64,000 bases of DNA. It comes from Micrococcales bacterium. Lineage in GTDB: Bacteria > Actinomycetota > Actinomycetes > Actinomycetales > Dermatophilaceae. Below the pieces are notes generated by a model, which saw only the letters and a program-made list of their open reading frames with translations, was not told the origin of the DNA and did no database searches. The position numbers and the translations under genes were made by a program. The stretch covers positions 29,498 to 93,497 of the forward strand of contig JAJTBD010000007.1 in NCBI GenBank assembly GCA_021287075.1, in the 5' to 3' direction. This document shows, in pieces, positions 49,127-57,844 of the stretch (the stretch's first letter is position 1; each line of letters begins with the position of its first letter).

Positions 49127-49214
49127 CGCACAACGACGACCACGGTTGGGGTCTGCGGGAGCACGCCACGCTCGGTGGTGGGGGAGCTGACGCGACCGTG
49201 GTCGTCGTTGTGCG
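49127..49214. repeat. Hairpin repeat element, copy 2 (20-bp perfect stem, 48-nt loop)
   Basis: CGCACAACGACGACCACGGT (49127-49146) pairs perfectly with ACCGTGGTCGTCGTTGTGCG (49195-49214). It starts 4 nt after the ABC exporter stop. Confidence 0.7.
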
Positions 49215-49235
49215 CGCGGAGCGGGCCCAGACGCC

Positions 49236-50030
49236 TCAGGCGTCCTCCTCGTCCCAGATCCTGGTCTTGCGCGGCTTGCGCGGGCGCTCGGGGCGCTCGC
49301 CCTCGTCCTCGACCTCGTCGAGCCACTCGCGCCGGGCATAGAGCAGGACGACGCCGACGCCGACCGGTGCGGTGCCCCACCACTGGAAGGCATAGGCCTG
49401 GTGCGGGCCGAGATCGGTGTCGGGCGGGTCGAGCGCCTCGGGCCGCTCGGTGACAGCGGCGCCGCCTGCCGCCTGCTCCGACTCCATCAGCAGGTAGCCA
49501 CCCGTGACCGGGCCTGCCGACCTCTCGATGTCGGTGCGGGCGATACTGGCCAGCTGGCCGGCGGGCATCGCCTTGTGCAGGGAGCGCTCAAAGACCCGTG
49601 CCCACCCGGTGACGGTCACGGTGCCGTCGGGGGCGGCCGGGATCGGCGGCAGCGACTCGGCATCCCGGGCGGCCAGCACCCAGCCCCGGTCGACCGGGAT
49701 GGTGCCGGCGTCGGTCTCGAGCAGCTCGATCACCTCGAAGCCGCGCGCGTCCTGGTGGGTGCGGTTGCGCACGACCAGCCGGTCCGCGGCATACCGGCCC
49801 GTCGCGGTGACCCGGCGCCAGTCCTGGTCGAGGGGGAGCGCGGCGGGGGTGAGCACACCGGAGGCGGGGACGGGTGTGGCGCGATAGTGGGCCTCGATGC
49901 GCTGGGCCCGCTCCTGCTTGGCCTCATAGCGGTGCCACTGCCAGCGACCGAGCATGATGCACGCCGCACCGAAGGCGAGCGCCACGGCCAGATAGCCGAG
50001 CCACTTGCGGGTCAGCAGGGTCCGGAGCAC
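49236..50030 (-). CDS. SURF1-like cytochrome oxidase biogenesis protein
   Basis: 264-aa ORF with N- and C-terminal transmembrane helices. The LGRWQWHRYEAK motif is typical of the SURF1 family. Confidence 0.85.
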   Translation of the reverse strand: MLRTLLTRKWLGYLAVALAFGAACIMLGRWQWHRYEAKQERAQRIEAHYRATPVPASGVLTPAALPLDQDWRRVTATGRYAADRLVVRNRTHQDARGFEVIELLETDAGTIPVDRGWVLAARDAESLPPIPAAPDGTVTVTGWARVFERSLHKAMPAGQLASIARTDIERSAGPVTGGYLLMESEQAAGGAAVTERPEALDPPDTDLGPHQAYAFQWWGTAPVGVGVVLLYARREWLDEVEDEGERPERPRKPRKTRIWDEEDA

Positions 50031-50054
50031 CCCGTCACGGTATCCGGCGAGGGC

Positions 50055-50294
50055 TCAGCCGGCGTCGGCGGGGATGCCGGAGACGGGGACGACCTCGAGC
50101 GGGAAGCCGCGCACCGACAGAAAGCCCGTCAACTGCTCGCGGTGCTCCTCGCAGGCGAGCCAGACCTTGCGCCGCGTCTCGCCATGGATGCGCGGGTTGC
50201 GCCACAGGAGGGCGTATGCCGCCTCGGCACGACAGCGCTTGGCGCTGCACTCGTGCTCGGAGCGGGTCGCGTCACCGGGCCGCAGAGAGACCAT
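50055..50294 (-). CDS. Small hypothetical protein with CxxxC and CxxH residues
   Basis: 79-aa product MVSLRPGDATRSEHECSAKRCRAEAAYALLWRNPRIHGETRRKVWLACEEHREQL.... Its ATG overlaps the stop of the upstream DUF3099 gene (ATGA), which argues for real translation. Confidence 0.5.
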   Translation of the reverse strand: MVSLRPGDATRSEHECSAKRCRAEAAYALLWRNPRIHGETRRKVWLACEEHREQLTGFLSVRGFPLEVVPVSGIPADAG

Positions 50295-50659
50295 CACTGC
50301 TCGAGGTGGCGGATGTCGTCGGGCGTGATGGGAGGCAGCTCGTCGCCGACGAGGTGGGGCCGGGCGGCGTTGGCCAGGACGACTGCGATGTAGGGCAGCA
50401 CCACGGCGCCGGCGACGAAAGCCCACCGGGCCGGACCGGTCACGACGACGGCCAGCAGGAAGCACGTGGTGCGGATGGCCATGGTGACCAGATAGCGGCG
50501 GATGCGGTTCTCGCGGTCGACACGCGGCGGCTCGGGCAGGCTCGTCACCGACTGCACGGGCCCGGCGGCGGGCACGCGGTCGTGGGGAGCGGGGGTGGCC
50601 GTCACCCCTCCACGATAGACCCCGTCCGGCCCTCCGTCCGGGCCACCCCGAGTGCCCAT
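50294..50659 (-). CDS. DUF3099-like small membrane protein
   Basis: RIRRYLVTMAIRTTCFLLAVVVTGPARWAFVAGAVVLPYIAVVLAN forms two transmembrane helices, a pattern I associate with DUF3099. The start is uncertain. Confidence 0.6.
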   Translation of the reverse strand: MGTRGGPDGGPDGVYRGGVTATPAPHDRVPAAGPVQSVTSLPEPPRVDRENRIRRYLVTMAIRTTCFLLAVVVTGPARWAFVAGAVVLPYIAVVLANAARPHLVGDELPPITPDDIRHLEQ

Positions 50660-50677
50660 GCGCCGGCGGCTGGCGGG

Positions 50678-50691
50678 CTACCGATCGGTAG
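50678..50691. promoter_or_regulatory. 14-bp perfect palindrome CTACCGATCGGTAG in the DUF3099 / fabG divergent spacer
   Basis: Exact palindrome, 6 nt upstream of a TAGCGT -10 candidate (50697-50702) for fabG-inhA. Confidence 0.4.
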
Positions 50692-50764
50692 TGGACTAGC
50701 GTCGTCCAAGCGTCGCCGACACGGCTGCGCCGCAGGCGACCGAGACGGACGAAGGGACACGCGG

Positions 50765-51472
50765 ATGGGCCGCAGGGCACTGGTGACCGGGGGCAACCGA
50801 GGCATCGGTCTGGCCATCGCCAAGGCGCTGGAGGCCGCCGGTCACGAGGTCGTCGTCGCGTCCCGCTCCGGGGAGGCCCCCGACGGCCTGCGGGCGGTGC
50901 GCTGCGATGTCGGCGACACCGAGTCCGTTGACAGCGCGTTCGCCGCGGCCGAGGAGCTGCTGGGTGGCCCGGTCGAGATCGTCGTCGCGAACGCCGGTGT
51001 GACCGGCGACCAGCTCCTCCTGCGGATGAGCGACGAGGACTTCGAGAAGGTCGTCGACACCAACCTCACCGGGGCCTTCCGCTGCGCGCGCCGTGCCTCC
51101 AAGGGCATGATCCGTCTGCGCCACGGGCGGATCATCCTGGTCTCCAGCGTCGTCGCGCTCTATGGCTCACCCGGGCAGGCCAACTACGCCGCGAGCAAGG
51201 CCGGTCTGGTCGGCCTGGCCCGCTCGATCACCCGGGAGCTCGGCGGCCGCGGCATCACCGCCAATGTGGTGGCCCCCGGCTTCATCGACACCGACATGAC
51301 CGCCGAGCTGCCGCAGGAGCGCCAGGACGCCTACCGTGCGGCGATCCCCGCCGGCCGCTTCGCCCAGCCCGACGAGGTCGCGGCGGTCGTCGCCTTCCTC
51401 GCCTCCGACGAGGCCGGCTATGTCAGCGGGGCGGTCGTCCCCGTCGACGGCGGCCTCGGCATGGGCCACTGA
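50765..51472 (+). CDS. fabG: 3-oxoacyl-ACP reductase (FabG1/MabA-like)
   Basis: The ATG at 50765 gives MGRRALVTGGNRGIGLAIA and the SDR catalytic YAASKAG. It is directly followed by the InhA-like gene, as in mycobacteria. Confidence 0.9.
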   Translation: MGRRALVTGGNRGIGLAIAKALEAAGHEVVVASRSGEAPDGLRAVRCDVGDTESVDSAFAAAEELLGGPVEIVVANAGVTGDQLLLRMSDEDFEKVVDTNLTGAFRCARRASKGMIRLRHGRIILVSSVVALYGSPGQANYAASKAGLVGLARSITRELGGRGITANVVAPGFIDTDMTAELPQERQDAYRAAIPAGRFAQPDEVAAVVAFLASDEAGYVSGAVVPVDGGLGMGH

Positions 51473-51497
51473 CCCGACCCCCAGCAAGGAGAGTCCA

Positions 51498-52253
51498 ATG
51501 CTGCTCGAGGGCAAGAAGCTCCTCATCACCGGTGTGCTCATGGAGAGCTCCATCGCCTTCCACGTCGCGCGCCTCGCGCAGGAGCAGGGCGCGGAGGTGA
51601 TCCTCACCTCCTTCGGCCGCACCATGCGCATCACCCAGACGATCGCCCGACGACTGCCGAAGCCGGCCCCCGTTGTTGAGCTCGACGTGACCGACACCCA
51701 GCATCTGGAGTCGCTCGCCGAGCGGCTCGGGGAGCACACCGACCGTCTCGACGGGGTGCTGCACTCCATCGGCTTCGCGCCGGAGGGCGCCTTCAACTTC
51801 CTCGAGGGCACCTGGGAGGACGTCGCCACCGCGATGCAGGTCTCCGCCTATTCGCTCAAGGCCCTCAGCGTGGCGGCGCTGCCCCTCATGGGCGAGGGCG
51901 GGTCGGTCGTGGGACTGACCTTCGACGCGCGCTATGCCTGGCCGGTCTATGACTGGATGGGCGTCGCCAAGGCGGCCTTCGAGTCGACAGCCCGATACTG
52001 CGCCCGCGACCTCGGGCCCAAGGGTGTGCGGGTCAACCTCGTCGCGGCCGGGCCCGTCAAGACCACCGCCGCCAAGTCGATCCCCGGTTTCGAGCAGTTC
52101 GAGGAGCACTGGGGCGACAAGGCGCCGCTCGGCTGGGACGTCACCGACCCCGTCCCGACCGCACAGGCCTGTGTGGCGCTGCTGTCCGACTGGTTCCCGG
52201 CCACCACGGGCGAGATCGTGCACGTCGACGGCGGCGTGCACGCGATGGGCTGA
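51498..52253 (+). CDS. inhA: NADH-dependent enoyl-ACP reductase (InhA/FabI)
   Basis: MLLEGKKLLITGVLMESSIAFHVARLAQEQGAEVILT and the YDWMGVAKAALES-type catalytic region (here YDWMGVAKAAFES). Confidence 0.9.
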   Translation: MLLEGKKLLITGVLMESSIAFHVARLAQEQGAEVILTSFGRTMRITQTIARRLPKPAPVVELDVTDTQHLESLAERLGEHTDRLDGVLHSIGFAPEGAFNFLEGTWEDVATAMQVSAYSLKALSVAALPLMGEGGSVVGLTFDARYAWPVYDWMGVAKAAFESTARYCARDLGPKGVRVNLVAAGPVKTTAAKSIPGFEQFEEHWGDKAPLGWDVTDPVPTAQACVALLSDWFPATTGEIVHVDGGVHAMG

Positions 52254-52262
52254 CCGTCCCGG

Positions 52263-53477
52263 TCACTCCTCCGAGGTGGCGACGCCGTCGAGGGCGTCGG
52301 CCTCCTCGACCTCCTCACGGCTGATGCCGAGGAGGAAGAGCACGGTGTCGAGATAGGGCACGTTGACCGAGGTGTCGGCCTGGGCCTGCACCACCGGCTT
52401 GGCGTTGAAGGCCACACCCAGCCCGGCGGCCTCGAGCATGTCGAGGTCGTTGGCGCCGTCGCCGATCGCCACCGTCGCCGCGAGCGGGATGCCCTCGGCC
52501 TCGGCGAAGCGTCGCAGCGCCTCGGCCTTGCCCTCACGGTCGACGATCGCCCCCAGCACCCGGCCGGTCAGGAGGCCGTCGACGACCTCGAGGCGGTTGG
52601 CGTGGGCATAGTCGATGCCGAGCTCGTGGGCGAGGTCCTCCACGATCTCGATAAAGCCACCCGAGACGACGGCGACGATGAAGCCGAGCCGCTTGAGGGT
52701 GCGCACGAGTGTCCGGGCGCCCGGTGTGAGACGGACCGCCGAACGGACCTCTGCGAGAACGGACTCGGGCAGCCCGGCCAGCACCGAGACCCGGTCGCGC
52801 AGGCTCTCGGCGAAGTCGATCTCGCCGCGCATCGCACGCTCGGTCACGGCAGCGACCTCGGCCTCCCGCCCGGCGTGCGCGGCCAGGAGCTCGATCACCT
52901 CGTCCTGGATGAGGGTGGAGTCGACATCCATCACGACCAGCCGGCGACCGCGCCTGGCCAGACCGGCAGGGGAGACGGCGATGTCGACACCCTCACGGTG
53001 CGCGACCATGGCGAGCTCGGAGCGCAGCTCGCCCAGCTCGGCGCCGGAGACGTCCAGCTCGATGGTCGTGACCGGATAGCGGGAGAGGCGTCGGATGCGA
53101 TCGATGTTGCCGCGGCACCCGGCGATCCCGGCGGTCACCCCGGCGAGCGGGGCAGCTGCCAGCGGTGACCCGACCACCGAGACGACGGCGCGGGCGCTGG
53201 GGCGCGCGGAGTTGTCGCCAAGGCCGGGGGAGAGACTGGCCACCAGGTCCAGTGCCTGCGCCACGCCCTCGATGACCGTGCTGGCGGCGTCGACCTGCTC
53301 GCCACCGAGGAGCATGCCGAGGGTCAGGTGGCCGCGGACGACGACCTGCTCCAGGTCCAGGACCGTCACATCGAGCGGCCCCAGGGCGTCGAAGAGCTCG
53401 CTGGTCACACCCGGCCGGTCATCGCCGCTGAGGATGACGCGCAGGGTGCGCTGGGCCGGGGGAGCAGGGGGAGTCAC
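52263..53477 (-). CDS. serB: Phosphoserine phosphatase SerB with N-terminal ACT domains
   Basis: 404-aa ORF with HAD motif I VVMDVDSTLIQDE and C-terminal GDGANDLDML. Confidence 0.9.
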   Translation of the reverse strand: MTPPAPPAQRTLRVILSGDDRPGVTSELFDALGPLDVTVLDLEQVVVRGHLTLGMLLGGEQVDAASTVIEGVAQALDLVASLSPGLGDNSARPSARAVVSVVGSPLAAAPLAGVTAGIAGCRGNIDRIRRLSRYPVTTIELDVSGAELGELRSELAMVAHREGVDIAVSPAGLARRGRRLVVMDVDSTLIQDEVIELLAAHAGREAEVAAVTERAMRGEIDFAESLRDRVSVLAGLPESVLAEVRSAVRLTPGARTLVRTLKRLGFIVAVVSGGFIEIVEDLAHELGIDYAHANRLEVVDGLLTGRVLGAIVDREGKAEALRRFAEAEGIPLAATVAIGDGANDLDMLEAAGLGVAFNAKPVVQAQADTSVNVPYLDTVLFLLGISREEVEEADALDGVATSEE

Positions 53478-53505
53478 CCCCGCAGGGTAGCGAGGGACGG
53501 GCTCA

Positions 53506-53538
53506 CCGGTGCCCCCGGTCTCGCGATGGGGGCACCGG
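53506..53538 (-). terminator. Hairpin downstream of glgC
   Basis: CCGGTGCCCCC-ggtctcgcgat-GGGGGCACCGG, exact 11-bp arms, 9 nt beyond the glgC stop. Confidence 0.55.
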
Positions 53539-53546
53539 CCGCGGGG

Positions 53547-54824
53547 TCAGACCGAGACCGCCTGGCCCTTGCCGACGACGACCAGACCCGACTCGGTCAC
53601 GACGAAGCCGCGCTCGCGGTCGTGGTCGGCGTCGTAGCCGATCGTGGTGCCCTCGGGGATCTCGACGTTCTTGTCGATGATCGCCTTGCGCAGCTGCACA
53701 TTGCGGCCCACCCGCACGCCATCGAGCAGCACACAGTCGTCGACGGTGGTGTAGCTGTTGATGTGGACGCTGGGGGCGAGCACCGAGCCGGTCACGCGGG
53801 CGCCGGAGATGATCGTGCCGGGCGAGACCATCGAGTTGAGCGCCTCGCCGAAGCGGCCCTGGGCGCCGTGGATGAACTTCGCCGGCGGATAGGGGCCGTA
53901 GTCGGTGAAGATCGGCCACTCGTAGTTGTAGAGGTTGAAGATCGGGTGGATCGAGATGAGGTCCATGTGGGCCTCGTAGTAGCTGTCGAGCGTGCCCACA
54001 TCGCGCCAGTAGTCGCGGTCGCGGTCGGTGCTGCCGGGCACGTCGTTGTTCTTGAAGTCGTAGACGCCGGCCTCACCACGGGAGACGAAGTCGGGGATGA
54101 TGTCGCCGCCCATGTCGTGCTTGCTGCCCTCGTTGGCGTTGTCGCGCGTCACGGCGTCGATCAGGGCGTCGGTGTCGAAGACATAGTTGCCCATCGAGGC
54201 CAGCACCTCGTGGGGGCTGTCCGGCAGGCCCTGGGGGTCGGACGGCTTCTCGAGGAACTGGTGGATCTTGGTGGGGTCGGACTTGTCGACCTCGATGACC
54301 CCGAACTGGTCGGCCAGCTCGATCGGCTGGCGGATCGCCGCGACGGTCGCCCTGGCACCCGAGTCGAGGTGCTGCTGGACCATCTGGGAGAAGTCCATGC
54401 GGTAGACGTGGTCGGCGCCGACGACCACGACGATGTCGGGCCGCTCGTCGTTGATGACATTGAGGCTCTGGTAGATCGCGTCGGCGCTGCCCATGTACCA
54501 GGACTTGCCCATGCGCTGCTGCGCGGGGATGGGTGCGACATAGTTGCCGAGCATCGTCGACATGCGCCAGGTCTTGGTGACATGGCGGTCGAGGCTGTGT
54601 GACTTGTACTGGGTCAGCACGACGACCTGGAGGTAGCCGCTGTTGACCACATTGCTGAGCGCGAAGTCGATGAGGCGGTAGATGCCACCGAACGGCACCG
54701 CCGGCTTGGCCCTGTCCCGGGTCAGCGGCATCAGACGCTTGCCCTCTCCGCCAGCGAGCACGATGGCCAGGACCTTCGGCCCTCCGGCCCGAGAGTGCGT
54801 CGTCGAGCTCCGGCGAATGGGCAT
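53547..54824 (-). CDS. glgC: Glucose-1-phosphate adenylyltransferase
   Basis: [30 protein letters not shown], followed by a C-terminal left-handed beta-helix region. Confidence 0.92.
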   Translation of the reverse strand: MPIRRSSTTHSRAGGPKVLAIVLAGGEGKRLMPLTRDRAKPAVPFGGIYRLIDFALSNVVNSGYLQVVVLTQYKSHSLDRHVTKTWRMSTMLGNYVAPIPAQQRMGKSWYMGSADAIYQSLNVINDERPDIVVVVGADHVYRMDFSQMVQQHLDSGARATVAAIRQPIELADQFGVIEVDKSDPTKIHQFLEKPSDPQGLPDSPHEVLASMGNYVFDTDALIDAVTRDNANEGSKHDMGGDIIPDFVSRGEAGVYDFKNNDVPGSTDRDRDYWRDVGTLDSYYEAHMDLISIHPIFNLYNYEWPIFTDYGPYPPAKFIHGAQGRFGEALNSMVSPGTIISGARVTGSVLAPSVHINSYTTVDDCVLLDGVRVGRNVQLRKAIIDKNVEIPEGTTIGYDADHDRERGFVVTESGLVVVGKGQAVSV

Positions 54825-54923
54825 GAGGGGTGCCTCCCTGTCGTCACTGAGCGATGCGTGGCGTCGTCACCACACGACCCAAACCTAGTGCGCCGAAGCG
54901 TCGCGGGCATCTCCGCGGGGCAC

Positions 54924-54929
54924 TAATCT
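54924..54929 (+). promoter_or_regulatory. -10 element TAATCT placed 6 nt before the glgA GTG (leaderless candidate)
   Basis: TAATCT-cgaact-GTG(54936). Confidence 0.35.
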
Positions 54930-54935
54930 CGAACT

Positions 54936-56126
54936 GTGCGCATCGACATCCTCAGCAAGGAGTACCCGCCGGCCATCTATGGGGGAGCGGGGGTGCACGT
55001 CGCGGAGCTGACCAGGGCCCTGCGCGAGCGCGATGACCTCGACGTCCGGGTCCGGTGCTTCGGCGAGCCGCGGGACGAGGAGGGCACCACCGGCTATCCC
55101 GACCCCGCCGAGCTCGAGGGCGCCAACGGCGCGCTGGTGACGATGGGCGTCGACCTCGCGATGGCGGGCGACTGCGCGGGGGCCGACCTGGTCCACTCCC
55201 ACACCTGGTATGCCAACTTCGCCGGTCACACCTCCTCGCTGCTCCACGGGGTCCCACACGTCGTCAGCGCCCACAGCCTGGAGCCGCTGCGGCCGTGGAA
55301 GGCCGAGCAGCTCGGCGGCGGCTACCGCCTCTCGTCCTGGATCGAGAAGACCGCCTATGAGGCGGCCACCAAGGTGATCGCGGTCAGCGGCGGCATGCGC
55401 GATGACATCCTGCGCAGCTATCCCGACATCGACCCGGCCAAGGTCAGCGTGATCCACAACGGCATCGACTCCGAGCTCTGGGCGCGCCAGCCCGACGAGG
55501 ACATCGTCCGCAGTCACGGGATCGACCCCGACAGCCCCTCGGTCATCTTCGTCGGCCGCATCACCCGCCAGAAGGGCCTGCCCTATTTCCTGCGGGCCGC
55601 CCGCGAGCTCCCGCCGGAGGTCCAGCTGGTGCTGTGCGCCGGCGCCCCGGACACCCCTGAGATCAAGGCCGAGGTCGAGGGCCTGATCGCCGAGCTGCGC
55701 GAGACGCGTGACAACGTCACCTGGATCGCCGAGATGCTCCCGCGCAGGGAGGTCATCGCGCTGCTGTCGGCCGCCACGGTCTTTGTCTGCCCGTCGGTCT
55801 ATGAGCCGCTCGGCATCGTCAACCTCGAGGCGATGGCGTGCGACCTGCCCGTCGTGGCCACGGCCACCGGGGGCATCCCCGAGGTCGTCGTCGACGGCGA
55901 GACCGGCTGGCTGGTCCCCATCGAGCAGGTCCAGGACGGCACCGGCACGCCGGTCGACCCTGACCGCTTCGTCGGTGACCTCGCGCGGGCCCTGACCGAC
56001 GCCGTGTCCGATCCCGACCGGGCCCGTCGGTTCGGGGAGGCCGGGCGCATCCGCGCGGTCGAGTCCTTCTCGTGGGACAAGATCGCGGCCGAGACCGAGC
56101 GGCTCTACCGCAGCATCGTCTCCTAG
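54936..56126 (+). CDS. glgA: GT4 glycogen synthase family enzyme (actinobacterial GlgA / maltose-1-phosphate synthase GlgM type)
   Basis: MRIDILSKEYPPAIYGGAGVHVAEL resembles the mycobacterial Rv1212c type. It is divergent from glgC. Confidence 0.88.
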   Translation: MRIDILSKEYPPAIYGGAGVHVAELTRALRERDDLDVRVRCFGEPRDEEGTTGYPDPAELEGANGALVTMGVDLAMAGDCAGADLVHSHTWYANFAGHTSSLLHGVPHVVSAHSLEPLRPWKAEQLGGGYRLSSWIEKTAYEAATKVIAVSGGMRDDILRSYPDIDPAKVSVIHNGIDSELWARQPDEDIVRSHGIDPDSPSVIFVGRITRQKGLPYFLRAARELPPEVQLVLCAGAPDTPEIKAEVEGLIAELRETRDNVTWIAEMLPRREVIALLSAATVFVCPSVYEPLGIVNLEAMACDLPVVATATGGIPEVVVDGETGWLVPIEQVQDGTGTPVDPDRFVGDLARALTDAVSDPDRARRFGEAGRIRAVESFSWDKIAAETERLYRSIVS

Positions 56127-56147
56127 GCAGCAGGCCTGTCCCGGCGG

Positions 56148-56927
56148 TCAGGCCGGGCGCCACCCGGCGATGACCGCGCAGGCCGCGTTGGTCGCGTCGG
56201 CGAGCACCTGCTCCGAGGTCGCCAGCAGGGAGGTCAGCAGCGCCCCTCGCCGGGCCGACGTGCCCGCGTCGAGGGCGCCGTCAGAGGCCGTGAGCCCCGT
56301 CTCGGCGAGCCGGGAGACCGTGCCCGCCAGCGAGATCACCCGCGCATGACGAGCCGGTATGCCGTCGGGCAGCCCCCAGCGCGTCTCCAGCCGCGCCTCG
56401 GCCAGCTCCGCGGCCGCCGACCCGAGGAAGGGCTGGCCGCCCGCCGCCTCGAGGGAGTCGGTGGCGTCCATCAGCGCCGAGCGCAGGGTGCGCTCGAGCG
56501 GGCTGACCTCGAGCGCCTCGACCACGTGACGCGGCATCGGCTCGGCGTCGAAGCGCTGCCAGCCGACCCGCCACCCCTCGTCGCCGGGGGAGCCATAGGC
56601 CGCCAGCCGCGGCACCAGCACCCCGCCGATGCCCGGCACCACGAGGCACTCGCCCGCCTCGACCGCCGCGCCGAGGCCCTCCGGTGAGGTCCGCGGCATA
56701 CCGGCGGTGCGGCCGGGTCCGGGGAGCGCCACCAGGAGCGCCTGCTCGCCGAGCTCGCCCCAGGTGGTCAGCACCTGCCAGCCATCGTCGAGGTGGTCGA
56801 CGTCGGGCAGCGCGTGCGCGACCGCGGCGGGCACCTCGGAGCCGTCGCGCCAGGCCCGCGTGACCCACAGCGACAGACGCACGGAGGCGGGGAGCTCGGG
56901 CACGCGCACATCGTAGTTGCGGGTCAA
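56148..56927 (-). CDS. Hypothetical protein, no recognisable domain
   Basis: 259-codon ORF with a TTG start as given in the track. Composition is coding-like but I found no motif. The start is uncertain because a promoter for the divergent gene sits only 2 nt away. Confidence 0.45.
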   Translation of the reverse strand: MTRNYDVRVPELPASVRLSLWVTRAWRDGSEVPAAVAHALPDVDHLDDGWQVLTTWGELGEQALLVALPGPGRTAGMPRTSPEGLGAAVEAGECLVVPGIGGVLVPRLAAYGSPGDEGWRVGWQRFDAEPMPRHVVEALEVSPLERTLRSALMDATDSLEAAGGQPFLGSAAAELAEARLETRWGLPDGIPARHARVISLAGTVSRLAETGLTASDGALDAGTSARRGALLTSLLATSEQVLADATNAACAVIAGWRPA

Positions 56928-56928
56928 C

Positions 56929-56934
56929 TAGGGT
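56929..56934 (+). promoter_or_regulatory. -10 element TAGGGT 6 nt before the ATG of the orphan ABC ATPase (leaderless candidate)
   Basis: TAGGGT-gctggc-ATG(56941). Confidence 0.4.
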
Positions 56935-56940
56935 GCTGGC

Positions 56941-57723
56941 ATGAGCGATGTGCTGGCCTTCGCAGGGGTGTCCGTCGTCCGCGGCGGCGCCAGACTGCTG
57001 AACTCCGTCGACTGGGAGGTCGAGGAGGGTCAGCGCTGGGTCGTGTTGGGCCCCAACGGTGCCGGCAAGACCACACTCCTCCAGCTCGCCTCCGGCCGGA
57101 TGCACCCCACCAGTGGTGTGGCAGGTGTCCTCGGTGAGGTCCTCGGCGCCGTCGATGTCTTCGAGCTGCGGCCGCGGATCGGTCTGGCGTCAGCGGCCCT
57201 GGCCGAGCGGATCCCCGGCGACGAGATCGTCCACAACGTCGTCGTCACCGCGTCCTATGGCGTGGTCGGGCGCTGGCGCGAGGAGTACGACACCCTCGAC
57301 CATCACCGGGCCGCCGAGCTGCTCGACGCCCTGGGGGCCGAGCACCTCGCCGACCGCCGCTACGGCACGCTGTCGGAGGGGGAGCGCAAGCGCGTCCAGA
57401 TCGCCCGTGCGCTGATGACCGACCCCGAGCTGATGCTGCTCGACGAGCCGGCGGCCGGGCTCGACCTCGGCGGGCGCGAGGACCTCGTGCGCCGACTGGG
57501 CGAGCTCGCCGCCGACATCGAGGCGCCGGCGCTGGTGCTGGTCACCCACCACGTCGAGGAGATCCCGCCCTCGTTCACCGACGTGCTCCTGCTGCGCGAC
57601 GGCAAGGTCGTCGCCCAGGGCCCCATCGAGATCACCCTGACCGAGGACAACCTCGAGAAGACCTTCGGCCTGCCCCTCGTGCTCGACCAGCACGGCGAGC
57701 GCTGGTCGGCCCGCGCCCGCTGA
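56941..57723 (+). CDS. Orphan ABC ATP-binding protein (no adjacent permease)
   Basis: GPNGAGKTTLLQ Walker A, LSEGERKRVQIARAL signature, LLDEPAAGLD Walker B. Confidence 0.85.
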   Translation: MSDVLAFAGVSVVRGGARLLNSVDWEVEEGQRWVVLGPNGAGKTTLLQLASGRMHPTSGVAGVLGEVLGAVDVFELRPRIGLASAALAERIPGDEIVHNVVVTASYGVVGRWREEYDTLDHHRAAELLDALGAEHLADRRYGTLSEGERKRVQIARALMTDPELMLLDEPAAGLDLGGREDLVRRLGELAADIEAPALVLVTHHVEEIPPSFTDVLLLRDGKVVAQGPIEITLTEDNLEKTFGLPLVLDQHGERWSARAR

Positions 57724-57844
57724 CCAGGGCGGCCCCGACATCACTTTCCCGACACGCTTCACCGGCGCCGGACCACCGGAACCGACGCCGCGGCATACCC
57801 GTCATAGGGTGGGAGCACACGCGTCCTAGGGAGGGACCTTCGCG

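Noticed and set aside
45645-49214. The two hairpin repeats as ends of a composite transposon flanking the TrpB-like and ABC exporter genes
   Set aside because: Both copies are in the same orientation, each is itself a complete hairpin, and there are no flanking direct duplications or transposase. Independent small elements are more likely.
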